Positions 39,572 through 49,936 of a stretch of 64,000 nucleotides of DNA are shown piece by piece. Position numbers and translations under genes: made by a program. The notes under the pieces are model-generated. The model was not told the DNA's origin and ran no database searches. It saw only the letters and a list, made by a program, of their open reading frames with translations. This stretch comes from a virus. Its lineage: Duplodnaviria > Caudoviricetes. The stretch lies in IMG/VR virus record IMGVR_UViG_3300029305_003510, positions 166,856-230,855 of that record; one strand, written 5' to 3'. Positions within the stretch are counted from its first letter, which is position 1. Every line of letters starts with the position of its first letter.

Positions 39572-40810
39572 ATGGCGAATTGCCCTTATTGTCGAAAATA
39601 TTTTTCTTTGAAAAAGGATGCAATTTCACACATTGAAAAATATCATAGTCGAGAACTTGAGCAATCTGAAATGGATGCGGCTCAGTCTCTATATTTTTCC
39701 GTACATGGTAAGTTGAGCAGTAAATGCCAATGTGGCTGCGGGAAAGATACTGAATGGAATCCAAAAACTGGTAAACCTTATAAGGTATCTCCCGACCCCG
39801 AGTGTAGAGCTCGTCTTCGTAAGATTGCACAGGCAAACCTTATGAGTGCTCGTGGTATCGATCAGCATACATTGATGAGTGATATGGCACATCAGAAAGA
39901 AATGCAAAAGAATCGAAAGATTTCTGGTAAATATACTTTCAAGACAGATGGAGGGTCTGTCGAGTATATGGGTAAACTGGAACTTAACTGGTTAAAGTTC
40001 TGCGATACTGTATTGGATCTTCCCTCGAGATGTATTCAGGATCCTCCTCAGAATTTCACTTATTATGACAGCAAGGATAAAGTTGAGCGAACCTACATGC
40101 CCGATTTCTATATGCCGGATTATAATCTCATTGTAGAGATCAAGGATGGAGGGGATCATCCGAATGGTAATCCTAAATTCATCGAAGAGACGAAGTATAA
40201 GGTTGCCATGAAGGATGAATTGATGAAGAAGCAAACCGACTTCAACTACATCCGTATTAGTGGCACTAATTATGGTCCGTTCCTGGAAGCTCTCTATCAG
40301 ATCGTTCATGAACAGAAAGATGACGATATGAAAAAACGTAAAGCTGTTATCGTTATCACTGAATCTGCTTGTAGTGAACCAATGGAAGATATCGATTGGA
40401 ACCAGGAAGAAGAGATTGATGTAGATCGTATTCGTCTTTTGGTTGGGTATGTTGAAGGTACTACTATGCCCGCATATTATGCTATTTCTGATTCTCGTAT
40501 CGGCGCAAGCTGGTATGTCACCGACCGTATGAATCTAAGACTGTATCAAGCAGCACATGATGATCCTATCTTTGCTGAGGGTGGATATAGAATCTACAAA
40601 TATGTCGGTAACAAGAAGGATATGCAGGATGCTTTCCGTACTATCATTAAAGTAGTGGAGGCTCCACATGAATTCAATGATATCCTTGCCATTATGGGCG
40701 GATTTGGTATCTGCTTTGATGACAGTTTAGGAAACTCTAATAATTTGATCCATAAATCTCATTTTATTCTCTTAGAAGAATATTTTATGACTGGAGGTGA
40801 AGAAGAATGA
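39572..40810 (+). CDS. C2H2 zinc finger plus PD-(D/E)XK endonuclease-like protein
   Basis: CPYC...HIEKYH; CQCGCG; YMPDFY...IVEIKD; ITE|SA before a separate C-terminal domain. Confidence 0.65.
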   Translation: MANCPYCRKYFSLKKDAISHIEKYHSRELEQSEMDAAQSLYFSVHGKLSSKCQCGCGKDTEWNPKTGKPYKVSPDPECRARLRKIAQANLMSARGIDQHTLMSDMAHQKEMQKNRKISGKYTFKTDGGSVEYMGKLELNWLKFCDTVLDLPSRCIQDPPQNFTYYDSKDKVERTYMPDFYMPDYNLIVEIKDGGDHPNGNPKFIEETKYKVAMKDELMKKQTDFNYIRISGTNYGPFLEALYQIVHEQKDDDMKKRKAVIVITESACSEPMEDIDWNQEEEIDVDRIRLLVGYVEGTTMPAYYAISDSRIGASWYVTDRMNLRLYQAAHDDPIFAEGGYRIYKYVGNKKDMQDAFRTIIKVVEAPHEFNDILAIMGGFGICFDDSLGNSNNLIHKSHFILLEEYFMTGGEEE

Positions 40811-42627
40811 GTGTATTTCATCAGATGGCTGTACATCCGAAGAATTCATTGGTAACAAGAATTGATGTTGCTGAGGAAGATATCTCTCTTCTGGATGTAG
40901 AAGATGAGGAGTCTGTAACTCCTGAGAATGAACCCGTTGCTGATATCCTACAAAATGAGAATGCGCAGTGGGATCTAATCGGTGATAGTAAACCAAGTGT
41001 TGTCGTGGTAGATGTAATTAATCCTGATAAGATCTCTTTGCTCGATCGTACTCCAGATGAAGGTCTTGACATTGAGGAAGAAATGGAGGGGCCTTCCGGT
41101 ATTATGGAGTATTATAATGAAGCAGCGCTAAAGAGTAAGGATCGAAATGCTCTTCCTGATGACGCATTCGGTATTCCTCGTCTCCGCGCATATCCTCTGA
41201 ATGATAAAGCGCATGTCCAGCAGGCTATTCGAATGTTCGGACACTGCAAAGATAAGAAAGATAAGAAACAACTTGCCTCTCGTATTTTTGCGGCTATGGA
41301 AAAGTTCGATGTAAATACAAAGATCGGAAAGAACAATGCTCTCTATGAATATGCACCGGAAGCTCTACGAGAGACAGATGAGGTACCGAAGATGGTTATT
41401 ACTGGTCTTGGTACACCTATCACGAAGAGAACACGTAAACAGGTAGTAGAAGAACATATGCGACTCAATCGTGCATATTACAATAATATCTTCTATGGCC
41501 CTGAGTTCGCTAAATCGGTGCAGGCTTTGAAAGAGTTCTCATTCTTGGATTACTTCTGGCCGGATCTTCAGAGAATGACATTCTCTACCAGATTGGAAAC
41601 AGTCTGCGGTGGTATGGCTTCTGCAGCTGTAGCTGATACGATGTTCCATAATCTTGGAATTAGAAAGCCCCTTTGTACCGATTTTACAAAACCTCTTGGT
41701 TGGGCTGATATCACAGATAAGGATTCTCATGACGATATCAGTGAAGTCCTGTACTACACGGAATATGATACAGAAGCTAACTGGTTCAAGGCTGATCTGA
41801 GTAAAGATCTAAACCATAATTTCTTCTGTATGCGACTGTATAGTATTATGGGAGAAATTCTGTTGGATCCCAATTTTGATCCCTCTGTGAATCTGACTGG
41901 TAAACACCATGCATTGCTGATGGATTGGAGCCAGAAAGTATCATATCACTATGACCTCTATTTGGATGCTAAACCGGATAGTCAGGAGCAGATCAACCAG
42001 ATGCAGTATCTCTGGGATCTCTTCTGGTGTTATCTGGATAGCCCGTATACAAAAGAGTCGATGTATACAAATCTGATCCATCTGATTCAGAATATGGCTT
42101 GCATTCGTGATAAAGTTGTCAGTATGAATGAGGCTAATGATCCTGGTGAACTAGTGAGTAGAGATCGTTGCTCTGCGTATCTGGTACATGAGCTTGGCAT
42201 GCCGGATAGTATCTTCTTGCTTCCGGATACGATGGAGTATCCAATCATCGATAGGACTTCTGTTAGATTGGCGATGGATATGGTTAGTCGTATTCCTGCA
42301 GATCAAGTTGAGCAATATGTGAAGAATCTGAATCAGAAGTATAAAGAACTAGGATGCAACTTCTCCATCAGTGTGGATCATCCCTTTGCTCGATATGCCG
42401 ATGAAAATATTATCGAGCATATGAGCCATATGTTGCTGGAAGATAATACAGCTGTGGATGATGAGGGAACAAGCACTGGTAGACCAGAGCGAGTTACTCA
42501 GCCTTGGTATAAGAGACTGGATCATAATAAAGGTCTTGATATCAATGTGCTGGATAATCATGAGCTTGGCCCTAATCAGAAGAAAGTTGCAGATCCCGAA
42601 TACACTGTACATACTTCGATTCTGTAA
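40807..42627 (+). CDS. Probable virion protein with two DUF6582-like repeats
   Basis: LKSKDRNALPDDAFGIPRLRAYPLNDKAHVQQAIRMF and the degenerate copy MPDSIFLLPDTMEYPIIDRTSVRLA; acidic N-terminus ending YNE|AA. Confidence 0.6.
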   Translation: MSVFHQMAVHPKNSLVTRIDVAEEDISLLDVEDEESVTPENEPVADILQNENAQWDLIGDSKPSVVVVDVINPDKISLLDRTPDEGLDIEEEMEGPSGIMEYYNEAALKSKDRNALPDDAFGIPRLRAYPLNDKAHVQQAIRMFGHCKDKKDKKQLASRIFAAMEKFDVNTKIGKNNALYEYAPEALRETDEVPKMVITGLGTPITKRTRKQVVEEHMRLNRAYYNNIFYGPEFAKSVQALKEFSFLDYFWPDLQRMTFSTRLETVCGGMASAAVADTMFHNLGIRKPLCTDFTKPLGWADITDKDSHDDISEVLYYTEYDTEANWFKADLSKDLNHNFFCMRLYSIMGEILLDPNFDPSVNLTGKHHALLMDWSQKVSYHYDLYLDAKPDSQEQINQMQYLWDLFWCYLDSPYTKESMYTNLIHLIQNMACIRDKVVSMNEANDPGELVSRDRCSAYLVHELGMPDSIFLLPDTMEYPIIDRTSVRLAMDMVSRIPADQVEQYVKNLNQKYKELGCNFSISVDHPFARYADENIIEHMSHMLLEDNTAVDDEGTSTGRPERVTQPWYKRLDHNKGLDINVLDNHELGPNQKKVADPEYTVHTSIL

Positions 42628-42640
42628 GTGAGGTATACCT

Positions 42641-45600
42641 ATGAATAGAATCTGGATTGGTGCTGACTGGCACTTATACAATATCAGCAATGATGTTCGT
42701 CATCCATTCTATTCACGTTACAAGATTGGTAAGTTTGCAGAAAACTTTGCACAGAACATCCAGGATGATGATCTTCTCATCTTCCTGGGTGATCTTTGTG
42801 ATCCTGCAGTAACTAAGCTTGATGATGTGGCTAGTGTCATTCGTGAGATTCCTTGTTATAAGATTATGTGCAGAGGAAACCACGATATACAGGATGATGA
42901 TTTCTATAAAGAGATCGGGTTCGATGAAGTAACAGAGGTGCTTCGAATCCATAATATGCTTTTCTCCCATAAACCGATGAAGGTAGCTCCAGATGAAATC
43001 AATATCCACGCACATCTTCATACCGAAAAATTAGTAACCAGTGGATATCAGCATATCAATGCATATGCAGCTAACTGGAATGAAGATGGTGGACTGATTC
43101 TTCTGGAAGATCTTCTAGATGCTGCTTCGAATCAGCAGATTGAAATTAAGCCCAGAGAAGTCTCTCATATTCAGGAGAAGTTCGAAAAATATACAACAAT
43201 CGAGAGCGACGTATATACAAAGATTCGTGATATCTCTGATGAGTTTATGCTCTGCCCGATTGATGAAGCTTCTAGCATGCTTAAACTGCCCGATTTTAAG
43301 TCTCCCGAAGAACTTAGCCGGTGGATGAAAGCTAATATCAAATATGCCAATTTCAGTAAAATGAAAACGGCTGATAAGGTGCTGAGGGATAGACGCGGTT
43401 CTTGTCATGATCAGGTTGTTTTAGCATATCCTCTTCTGAAAGGTATGGGATTATATCCAAAGATTCTTTTCTTTGTTGCATATAAAGATGGGGAACCTGG
43501 CGGTGGTATGACTCATACTCTCATATACTGGGAAGATGGCAATAAAATCAAATGGTTTGAGAATGCTATGGGTGGTATGGAAGGAATTCATACTTTCAAT
43601 TCCGTTGATGACATGAAAGATGAAATCCGTAAAATCTATGCTAATATGCCCGATAGTAAAAAATATCCTGAACTATATTTCAAAAATATCAGCATCGGTC
43701 AATTCTATCCGGATTGTAATTTGGGTGAATTTGTAGAAGATATCGTCGATGATAAACTTGATGAAGCTCAAGATGAACCTCTTGATGAGATTCTCTTCCC
43801 TGATGTAGAGTCTACTAAGTATTGGCTGAACGATGATAAATCTTTCCGTAAGAAAGCGGATAAAGGAGATGCAGAAGCGGCTGATACTGCTGGTGTAGCT
43901 ATTGATGAATCTGTAACACTCTATAGATACACATATAACGGTAGAGGTATTTATAACGAGTTAAAAGATGCTATGCCATTTGAAGATTGGAAAAAGCTGA
44001 AAAGAACGAATACTTTATCTTGGCTCCCCGTTCCTGATGTATACGATCAGTCTGATGTAAAATATACGTCATTCTTCACAGATGTAGGTAAACGTACATT
44101 TGACCGCAAGGTACTCCCTCTTATTGATAAATATCTGGATAGCAATAAAGTTGCTCTTACAAGCTATGATCTAAAAGATAGTGATGATATTGCCTATTCT
44201 GATAAATATCAAACCGTAATTCCTGCTGATAGAGTTACAAATTGTACTACTATCAATGAGGCTGTTGCTGATACACATTCGCTTGACCGTGAACAGAAGA
44301 AAGAGGTCGCCGATAAGTACGGTCTTCGTAATGTAGGCGCATCTTCTGAGGCTGAAGAGGAAGAACGAAAGGCCAATGAGGAAAAAGAAAAGCATAAGAA
44401 AGAAGAAGAGCGTATTAAAGTGCTTGAGAAGAAACGTAAAGATCATCTCAAGAATTTGAAAAAGGCTCGTAAAGCTAAAAAGAGAAAGGCGTTCAAGAAA
44501 AAGGTTGCTTCTAAACTTCCTGGGATTATCCATGAGAGTGTAGATACTGGAGATGCTAAGTATCTCGATTATCCTGAGGTAGATCATACTGAACTCTGGG
44601 GTGATCGTATTCAGTTCTTTGAACCGAAAGAACGATATGAGAACCCTAGAGCAGTCGATGAGACTAAATCTATCCAGGAGTCCTATATATTCGAAATGAC
44701 TGAGCATATTCAATTCTTCGATCGGATAAACGAATCGTATTCAAATGATAAGCTCTATCCGGTCTATATTATGCTAATGCACTCTGGTACTGCGCTAGCT
44801 AATGCGATTAAGAAAGTAACTCAATCGCAATTCTCTCACTGCAGTATTAGCTTTGACTCTTCTATGCATCAGATGTATTCCTTTGGTCGTAAGTTTGATC
44901 TTAATCCTTTCATCGGTGGATTTAAGAAAGAAGATATCAGAGCAGAATTCTTCCAAAATAAACAGATTCCATATGCCCTGTATGTAGTGCCTTGTACACA
45001 GGATCAGATTGCAGCAATGAAGAAGCGTCTTGAATACTTTGTCAAGAATGCTACAAAATTCCGATACGACTTCACTGGTCTGTTGAAGAACTACTTTGGT
45101 ATTGCTGATAATCCTGAGTATAAATGGTTCTGCAGCCGTTTCGTTGCAGATATTCTAAATGCAGGTAGACCTTCTCCAGAGCCATATATCGTTGAACCAT
45201 CACTGATGAAGCCTGAAGACTTCCGTTACACCACTTTTGCTCAATATGTAACGGGTGGTTATCTGAGCAATTATCACCAGAAGTTTGTAGATAATGTAAC
45301 AAAACGGATTCTGCGAACCGAGATGATGAAGCAGCAGAAGATAACTAAGATCGAAGATCAGTTCAATGAAACTGCATATGGTCTGGATAGAGATAATCCC
45401 TGGGCGATCGACGTATTGAACTATCAGCTCACTATAATGGATGAGTCGGTAATAGACACATTCCTTCAGTATCTACAGTCATTTAAAATCCGATTCAGTA
45501 AGAATGGTGACATTCTTGTCACTAGACGGGAATATGATCAACTTGATACTCACTTCAGGAACTCACTGAAGATGATCAAGGCTCATGAGAAAGCTGGTAA

Positions 45601-45904
45601 TGTAGATGGTGTGAAAGATGAGCTTTGTAAGATCTACTATATGATCGATCTCATCAATAAATATTATCTGCGTGATGATGTAAAGAATATGAGACCGAAT
45701 GCAAAAGATGTTCGCAAGGATATGTTGGATCTTCGGTCTGTTATGCTAAATGTCTTCCAGCAACATCTCAAGTATGTTACCACACGTGAACCGAGGTGGA
45801 ATTTCAATACGTACTATGATAATAGTAAATATGGAAAAAATGTTACCATTCCTCAGAAGGTTATTACCTCTGTTGGCAAGGCTATTGTCACTGTACTAAA
45901 GTAA
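42641..45904 (+). CDS. Multidomain protein: metallophosphoesterase, transglutaminase-like, unknown, Lys-rich, permuted NlpC/P60 (YiiX-like) and helical domains
   Basis: GADWH/GD/GNHD/SH/HAHLH; GSCHDQ...THT...WFE; FSHCSI...WFCSRFVA. Confidence 0.75.
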   Translation: MNRIWIGADWHLYNISNDVRHPFYSRYKIGKFAENFAQNIQDDDLLIFLGDLCDPAVTKLDDVASVIREIPCYKIMCRGNHDIQDDDFYKEIGFDEVTEVLRIHNMLFSHKPMKVAPDEINIHAHLHTEKLVTSGYQHINAYAANWNEDGGLILLEDLLDAASNQQIEIKPREVSHIQEKFEKYTTIESDVYTKIRDISDEFMLCPIDEASSMLKLPDFKSPEELSRWMKANIKYANFSKMKTADKVLRDRRGSCHDQVVLAYPLLKGMGLYPKILFFVAYKDGEPGGGMTHTLIYWEDGNKIKWFENAMGGMEGIHTFNSVDDMKDEIRKIYANMPDSKKYPELYFKNISIGQFYPDCNLGEFVEDIVDDKLDEAQDEPLDEILFPDVESTKYWLNDDKSFRKKADKGDAEAADTAGVAIDESVTLYRYTYNGRGIYNELKDAMPFEDWKKLKRTNTLSWLPVPDVYDQSDVKYTSFFTDVGKRTFDRKVLPLIDKYLDSNKVALTSYDLKDSDDIAYSDKYQTVIPADRVTNCTTINEAVADTHSLDREQKKEVADKYGLRNVGASSEAEEEERKANEEKEKHKKEEERIKVLEKKRKDHLKNLKKARKAKKRKAFKKKVASKLPGIIHESVDTGDAKYLDYPEVDHTELWGDRIQFFEPKERYENPRAVDETKSIQESYIFEMTEHIQFFDRINESYSNDKLYPVYIMLMHSGTALANAIKKVTQSQFSHCSISFDSSMHQMYSFGRKFDLNPFIGGFKKEDIRAEFFQNKQIPYALYVVPCTQDQIAAMKKRLEYFVKNATKFRYDFTGLLKNYFGIADNPEYKWFCSRFVADILNAGRPSPEPYIVEPSLMKPEDFRYTTFAQYVTGGYLSNYHQKFVDNVTKRILRTEMMKQQKITKIEDQFNETAYGLDRDNPWAIDVLNYQLTIMDESVIDTFLQYLQSFKIRFSKNGDILVTRREYDQLDTHFRNSLKMIKAHEKAGNVDGVKDELCKIYYMIDLINKYYLRDDVKNMRPNAKDVRKDMLDLRSVMLNVFQQHLKYVTTREPRWNFNTYYDNSKYGKNVTIPQKVITSVGKAIVTVLK

Positions 45905-45910
45905 AGATTA

Positions 45911-45950
45911 TATCCCCGGAGAATCTGATTCTCCGGGGATATTCTATTTT
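45911..45950 (+). terminator. Intrinsic terminator
   Basis: TATCCCCGGAGAAT-ctg-ATTCTCCGGGGATA followed by a T-rich tail. Confidence 0.75.
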
Positions 45951-45991
45951 GAATCATATAGGAACTTTATTATGAAAGAAGGGAAAGATAC

Positions 45992-46378
45992 GTGTTATAC
46001 ACAAGATTACATACATCACATAATAGAACCGGAATAGAATGGATTGATCTAATTGGTAAAGATCCAAGAACCGGTATACTTATACACCAAAATCAGTTAT
46101 TCGGAGAACTAAATCCTGGACTAACTTTACCGCGACGTCCAGTTGACATTGTTTTATCTAATACAGTTATTTCAATTAAAGACTTCTTTGTCGAAAGAGA
46201 TCGTTCTGTATATATGGGGTACGAGTGGTTAAACTCTGTGTTGGCTGAACAAGCATTCGAAGAGTATACCAAACGTACATCGGATTGGTTCTTTCTTCCA
46301 CGTATCATTAGCGGTGGCAGGTTTCGCGAATCCTTTATCACAGTAGATGTATTCAGCTATTATGTGAATCCGATTTGA
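45992..46378 (+). CDS. Hypothetical protein
   Basis: 128 aa; GAAGGG RBS. Confidence 0.55.
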   Translation: MLYTRLHTSHNRTGIEWIDLIGKDPRTGILIHQNQLFGELNPGLTLPRRPVDIVLSNTVISIKDFFVERDRSVYMGYEWLNSVLAEQAFEEYTKRTSDWFFLPRIISGGRFRESFITVDVFSYYVNPI

Positions 46379-46401
46379 TCATAATTTGGAATATATACTA
46401 T
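46367..46401 (+). promoter_or_regulatory. Early-type bipartite promoter
   Basis: AATCCGATTT-N15-TATATACTAT. Confidence 0.65.
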
Positions 46402-46451
46402 ATATGTGAACGAGGAAATTCGTTCAATAGAAATAAGGAGGAATAAATCCT

Positions 46452-46889
46452 ATGCAAGACAATAAAAATGATTGGTATGTATGCCACCCATTGTTCACCG
46501 GTGAATTTATGGAGGAGTATTCTACCACATGCCAGAAAGTATCGTATGCAGCAAGAATTGAAAAACTTGCCGAGGAATCGGCTGAACTTGCAGCTGCAGC
46601 AAGTAAACTCGCACGAATTGTTCGTGATGAATACCCGAGTAAAATGAGTGAAAATGATGCTCGTAATGCAATGATGGAAGAAGTTGTCGATGTCGTGGCG
46701 GCTATTCATTCGCTGGCTATAATGCCAGATCTACCAAACATTTATACCACTGATACCAATGACCAGCTCTTCATGCAGGAACATGCATATCACCAAATGC
46801 TCAAATTTATCCGACGAATGGAAGCACTTGATCATTTAAAAGATAATCCCATGCGTGATGCGATCGCAGAGGATCTCTGCGATGATTAG
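46452..46889 (+). CDS. MazG-like NTP pyrophosphohydrolase
   Basis: LAEESAELAAAASK...MEEVVDV (ExxE...EExxD). Confidence 0.6.
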   Translation: MQDNKNDWYVCHPLFTGEFMEEYSTTCQKVSYAARIEKLAEESAELAAAASKLARIVRDEYPSKMSENDARNAMMEEVVDVVAAIHSLAIMPDLPNIYTTDTNDQLFMQEHAYHQMLKFIRRMEALDHLKDNPMRDAIAEDLCDD

Positions 46890-47044
46890 TCATATAACAA
46901 AACTCTTGTTCCAGAAAAGAATGGATCAGATAACAAAGCTTCCGAAAGATGCTTTGTATATCAAGTTTGATATGGCGCATTATTTCCCAAAAGCAAATGC
47001 GCACAAGAATAGAGAAATTGAAAACACAAAGGAGAATCAAGATT

Positions 47045-47881
47045 ATGGCAAACACTGAAATTGCAACCGTTGCTGTAAAAATGAACAGCGAAGGTAATCC
47101 CGTCGAACACATCACTTATGCACCTAATGGTACCAGCCATGCTCTGCAGAGAAAGATCAGTGAATTCATGCATGAGCTGGTTAAATCTGTTGGCAAGTTT
47201 ACGCTGAGCGAGCTCGGTTATCTGCATATTAATACCCTGACATATAACCAGGAGACTGGCGCACTGAACCTGCGGATCTACTTCGATATCCGTCTGGCCG
47301 CACGTGCCGTTCAGTCTACTACCAATAAGTCTAAGATGATCGTCCCCGTACAGGAGCTGGAGATCTTCAAGGATTACTTCTATGTAGGTAAACTACAGGA
47401 TGTGGTAACCTATGAGAAAATCATGGCTCCCAAGACTAAGGTCGTTGAAGATGAAATGCATCGTGCAAGCCTGCAGTTTAAGGACTCCAATAAGTATATC
47501 GAGACTGATGTACTGGTTCTGAACTGCAATTTGGCAATCACCATGGCAGCGATTCATGACATCAGTCTGACTGATCAGGAATTCACTGTCCGTTGTTCCA
47601 CTGTTGGTAAGGGTGGTAAGAATGCAGTAAAGAGCATTATCACAACTGCCAATATGAAGGAAGTTCCTGTAAGTGTTACCATCGTTCATAACGCTAACAG
47701 TGGTGGCATTAATGGGTACGAACCTGACGATGCTATCTCTTATCTGACTGCACTGCAGGAGGAACAGTATCGAATCGCTAAGAATCGAGATAAGGTTCAG
47801 CAAAAGGTCCGCAAGGATGCAAAGGATAAAAAGAAGTCCGTTGAATCCAAGAACTCTAAGGGCTTCAATAAGTATTCTTAA
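47045..47881 (+). CDS. Hypothetical protein
   Basis: ATG 47045 after AAAGGAG; strong codon bias. Confidence 0.7.
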   Translation: MANTEIATVAVKMNSEGNPVEHITYAPNGTSHALQRKISEFMHELVKSVGKFTLSELGYLHINTLTYNQETGALNLRIYFDIRLAARAVQSTTNKSKMIVPVQELEIFKDYFYVGKLQDVVTYEKIMAPKTKVVEDEMHRASLQFKDSNKYIETDVLVLNCNLAITMAAIHDISLTDQEFTVRCSTVGKGGKNAVKSIITTANMKEVPVSVTIVHNANSGGINGYEPDDAISYLTALQEEQYRIAKNRDKVQQKVRKDAKDKKKSVESKNSKGFNKYS

Positions 47882-47905
47882 TCATCACTAAGGAGGCGGA
47901 CTATC

Positions 47906-48142
47906 ATGCCTAAGATCAATCGAAGCAAAACATCATATAAGAAACTACCGGAGGGTTTGAAAACCGCCTCTATTCCGGATGCGAAGCTTTCCGCTAGTAT
48001 CACTGTAACTGTTCCGAAAGGAATGGAGAAGAAAGCGGAAAAATTCATATCTGAAGCACATAAGTATCTGGAAGATGGTTTTCAGTCCTTCGTCAAGAAG
48101 GAGATAAAGAAATATGAAAAGAACATCGAGTCAGACGAATGA
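47906..48142 (+). CDS. Small basic protein
   Basis: AAGGAGG RBS. Confidence 0.6.
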   Translation: MPKINRSKTSYKKLPEGLKTASIPDAKLSASITVTVPKGMEKKAEKFISEAHKYLEDGFQSFVKKEIKKYEKNIESDE

Positions 48143-48326
48143 TCCTGAAGGCCCGAGGAGGGAACTGGAAATAGATGAGACTGAACTTGCAGTCGAAGAT
48201 TCCTATGATGGACCTGATCTGACTCTCGAAGATAAGGATGAGGGCGATAGTGATGACGGCTATCGCCCTTTCTACTGGTACAATCGAGATTATAATATCC
48301 CTGATGAATGCCGGTTTTATCTATAG
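48114..48326 (+). CDS. Small acidic protein
   Basis: AAGGAG RBS; overlaps the previous gene. Confidence 0.5.
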   Translation: MKRTSSQTNDPEGPRRELEIDETELAVEDSYDGPDLTLEDKDEGDSDDGYRPFYWYNRDYNIPDECRFYL

Positions 48327-48350
48327 AGAAATTATCGGAGGGATAAATAA

Positions 48351-48713
48351 ATGGAAATGAATTTGGTCGAAATTATTGAAACTCCTGGCAATACAAGTAA
48401 TTTTGGTATATATGAGCTTAGCAAAACTCTTTCTGAGAAATATGGTGGTGAATATTTTCTCACACAAGGAATTATTAGAGACAGATTGCTCGCTGATTTA
48501 AATAAATGTGATGATATTATACATCGCGCATTATATGACCTTGCTGGATATGATGATATATACACCACAAAGCTCGAAGCTCATATGGCTGCTAAATTAG
48601 TTTGCCAGCAAATCGTCATTAATGGGCTCAGGAATCGAATTAAAGAGCTCGCAGAATACCCAATCGCCGATATTAGCTGGGATCTTCTAAAGGATAGTAA
48701 GAAGAGGAGATAA
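48351..48713 (+). CDS. Hypothetical protein
   Basis: GGAGGG RBS. Confidence 0.65.
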   Translation: MEMNLVEIIETPGNTSNFGIYELSKTLSEKYGGEYFLTQGIIRDRLLADLNKCDDIIHRALYDLAGYDDIYTTKLEAHMAAKLVCQQIVINGLRNRIKELAEYPIADISWDLLKDSKKRR

Positions 48714-48717
48714 AGTT

Positions 48718-49077
48718 ATGGCTAAGAAAGATAAAAAGAGTGAAGTCACATTCAAGATCCATAAAGTATATGGCTTCCTCTCAGCTAAAGAGGATAAAGT
48801 CTTCGTTCGTGTTTCCTGGAACGATGGTGAACCCAGAGACGAAGTCCGAAAGTGTTGGAAAGATAAAGATTCTGGAGAGCTCAAACTCGGAAAGGGTATC
48901 GATTTGAGCGAAGAAGAAATCGATATGCTCAAAGGATTCTGCAAAAACAAACCAAAGCCCGTTGACTTTCAGGCCGTTTTCGACAGCTCTGTCGGTATTA
49001 TGGAGAAACGAGCTGCCGGATTCCAAACTGAAGACGGTTTCACTGTGCTCCGGCGCAGAAACAATCTGAAGCTGTAA
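48718..49077 (+). CDS. PC4/YdbC-like ssDNA-binding protein with a C-terminal extension
   Basis: VSWNDGEPRDEVRKCW...KLGKGIDLSEEE matches the YdbC pattern; ends QTEDGFTVLRRRNNLKL. Confidence 0.7.
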   Translation: MAKKDKKSEVTFKIHKVYGFLSAKEDKVFVRVSWNDGEPRDEVRKCWKDKDSGELKLGKGIDLSEEEIDMLKGFCKNKPKPVDFQAVFDSSVGIMEKRAAGFQTEDGFTVLRRRNNLKL

Positions 49078-49117
49078 ACAAATCGCATGTCCAATAAATA
49101 GAGAAAGGATTGATATT

Positions 49118-49738
49118 ATGAACACTCAGTACAAGATCTTTAATGAGCCCTATATCGATAATCCGACTCTGCTGTATAAGTCCGGATTTACCGGTCCGGT
49201 TTTCTGTAGCAAAAAGCATAAACCCTTCAATACTCGTGGTCTGTACAAGATCGTACACGAAGGATTTGATAAGAGAGGCAAACCGTTTGCCATCGCTGAA
49301 CCGGTATTTGCTATCGGTGAAGGAAAATTCTATCTGGAATCCCTGATCAATGTCGTAATCAGTAGTACCATGTTTGGTGAGTATTCCCGTGTCATGGTCC
49401 GGTTCAACTACATCTATGGGTATAATATTAAGCACATAGTGACGATTGACGACATCATCAAAGCCGTCAAGATGGATACTGTAAAGGTTCTCAATGATCA
49501 GTTGAGCAGGCCCATCGTCATTCCTGACATGGATTTCGAGCTTGAAATTTCGGAATATGCTCGGAATAAAAAGTACCAGCATGGTGATGAAGTATCTATC
49601 ATTTACGTTAATGGTATTCCAGAATTCCATACAGCCAGCTGGGTATTAAAGAACCGTGAACATCTGGTGAACTGGGAAATCGCCGTGTATGGTGATAAGG
49701 TAGAAAACCTTTACATGATGTTTACCGAAGTTAGTTAA
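49118..49738 (+). CDS. Hypothetical protein
   Basis: 206 aa; AAAGGA RBS. Confidence 0.7.
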   Translation: MNTQYKIFNEPYIDNPTLLYKSGFTGPVFCSKKHKPFNTRGLYKIVHEGFDKRGKPFAIAEPVFAIGEGKFYLESLINVVISSTMFGEYSRVMVRFNYIYGYNIKHIVTIDDIIKAVKMDTVKVLNDQLSRPIVIPDMDFELEISEYARNKKYQHGDEVSIIYVNGIPEFHTASWVLKNREHLVNWEIAVYGDKVENLYMMFTEVS

Positions 49739-49756
49739 CAGAGAGGAATAAGTATC

Positions 49757-49936
49757 ATGGGCGTTTTTACTGAAATCGGGACATATATCCGAATTGTTAA
49801 GATGTGCATTAACTGTCCTGAAAATACACTATGCGGAGAGAACCCTCATCTCTGTGAGAATATCCAGTACAATGCGGACACTAATACAATCTCATGCGGT
49901 AAACTTAAACAGGGGGATCTTTCTTGTGTTCGGTAG
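49757..49936 (+). CDS. Small Cys-rich protein (59 aa, not in ORF track)
   Basis: GAGAGGA RBS; MGVFTEIG...CINCPENTLC...C. Confidence 0.5.
   Translation: MGVFTEIGTYIRIVKMCINCPENTLCGENPHLCENIQYNADTNTISCGKLKQGDLSCVR

Noticed and set aside
39572-40810. Free-standing homing endonuclease serving the RNAP intron
   Set aside because: Possible but unsupported: it is about 4.5 kb away, embedded in a late operon, and carries an extra C-terminal domain
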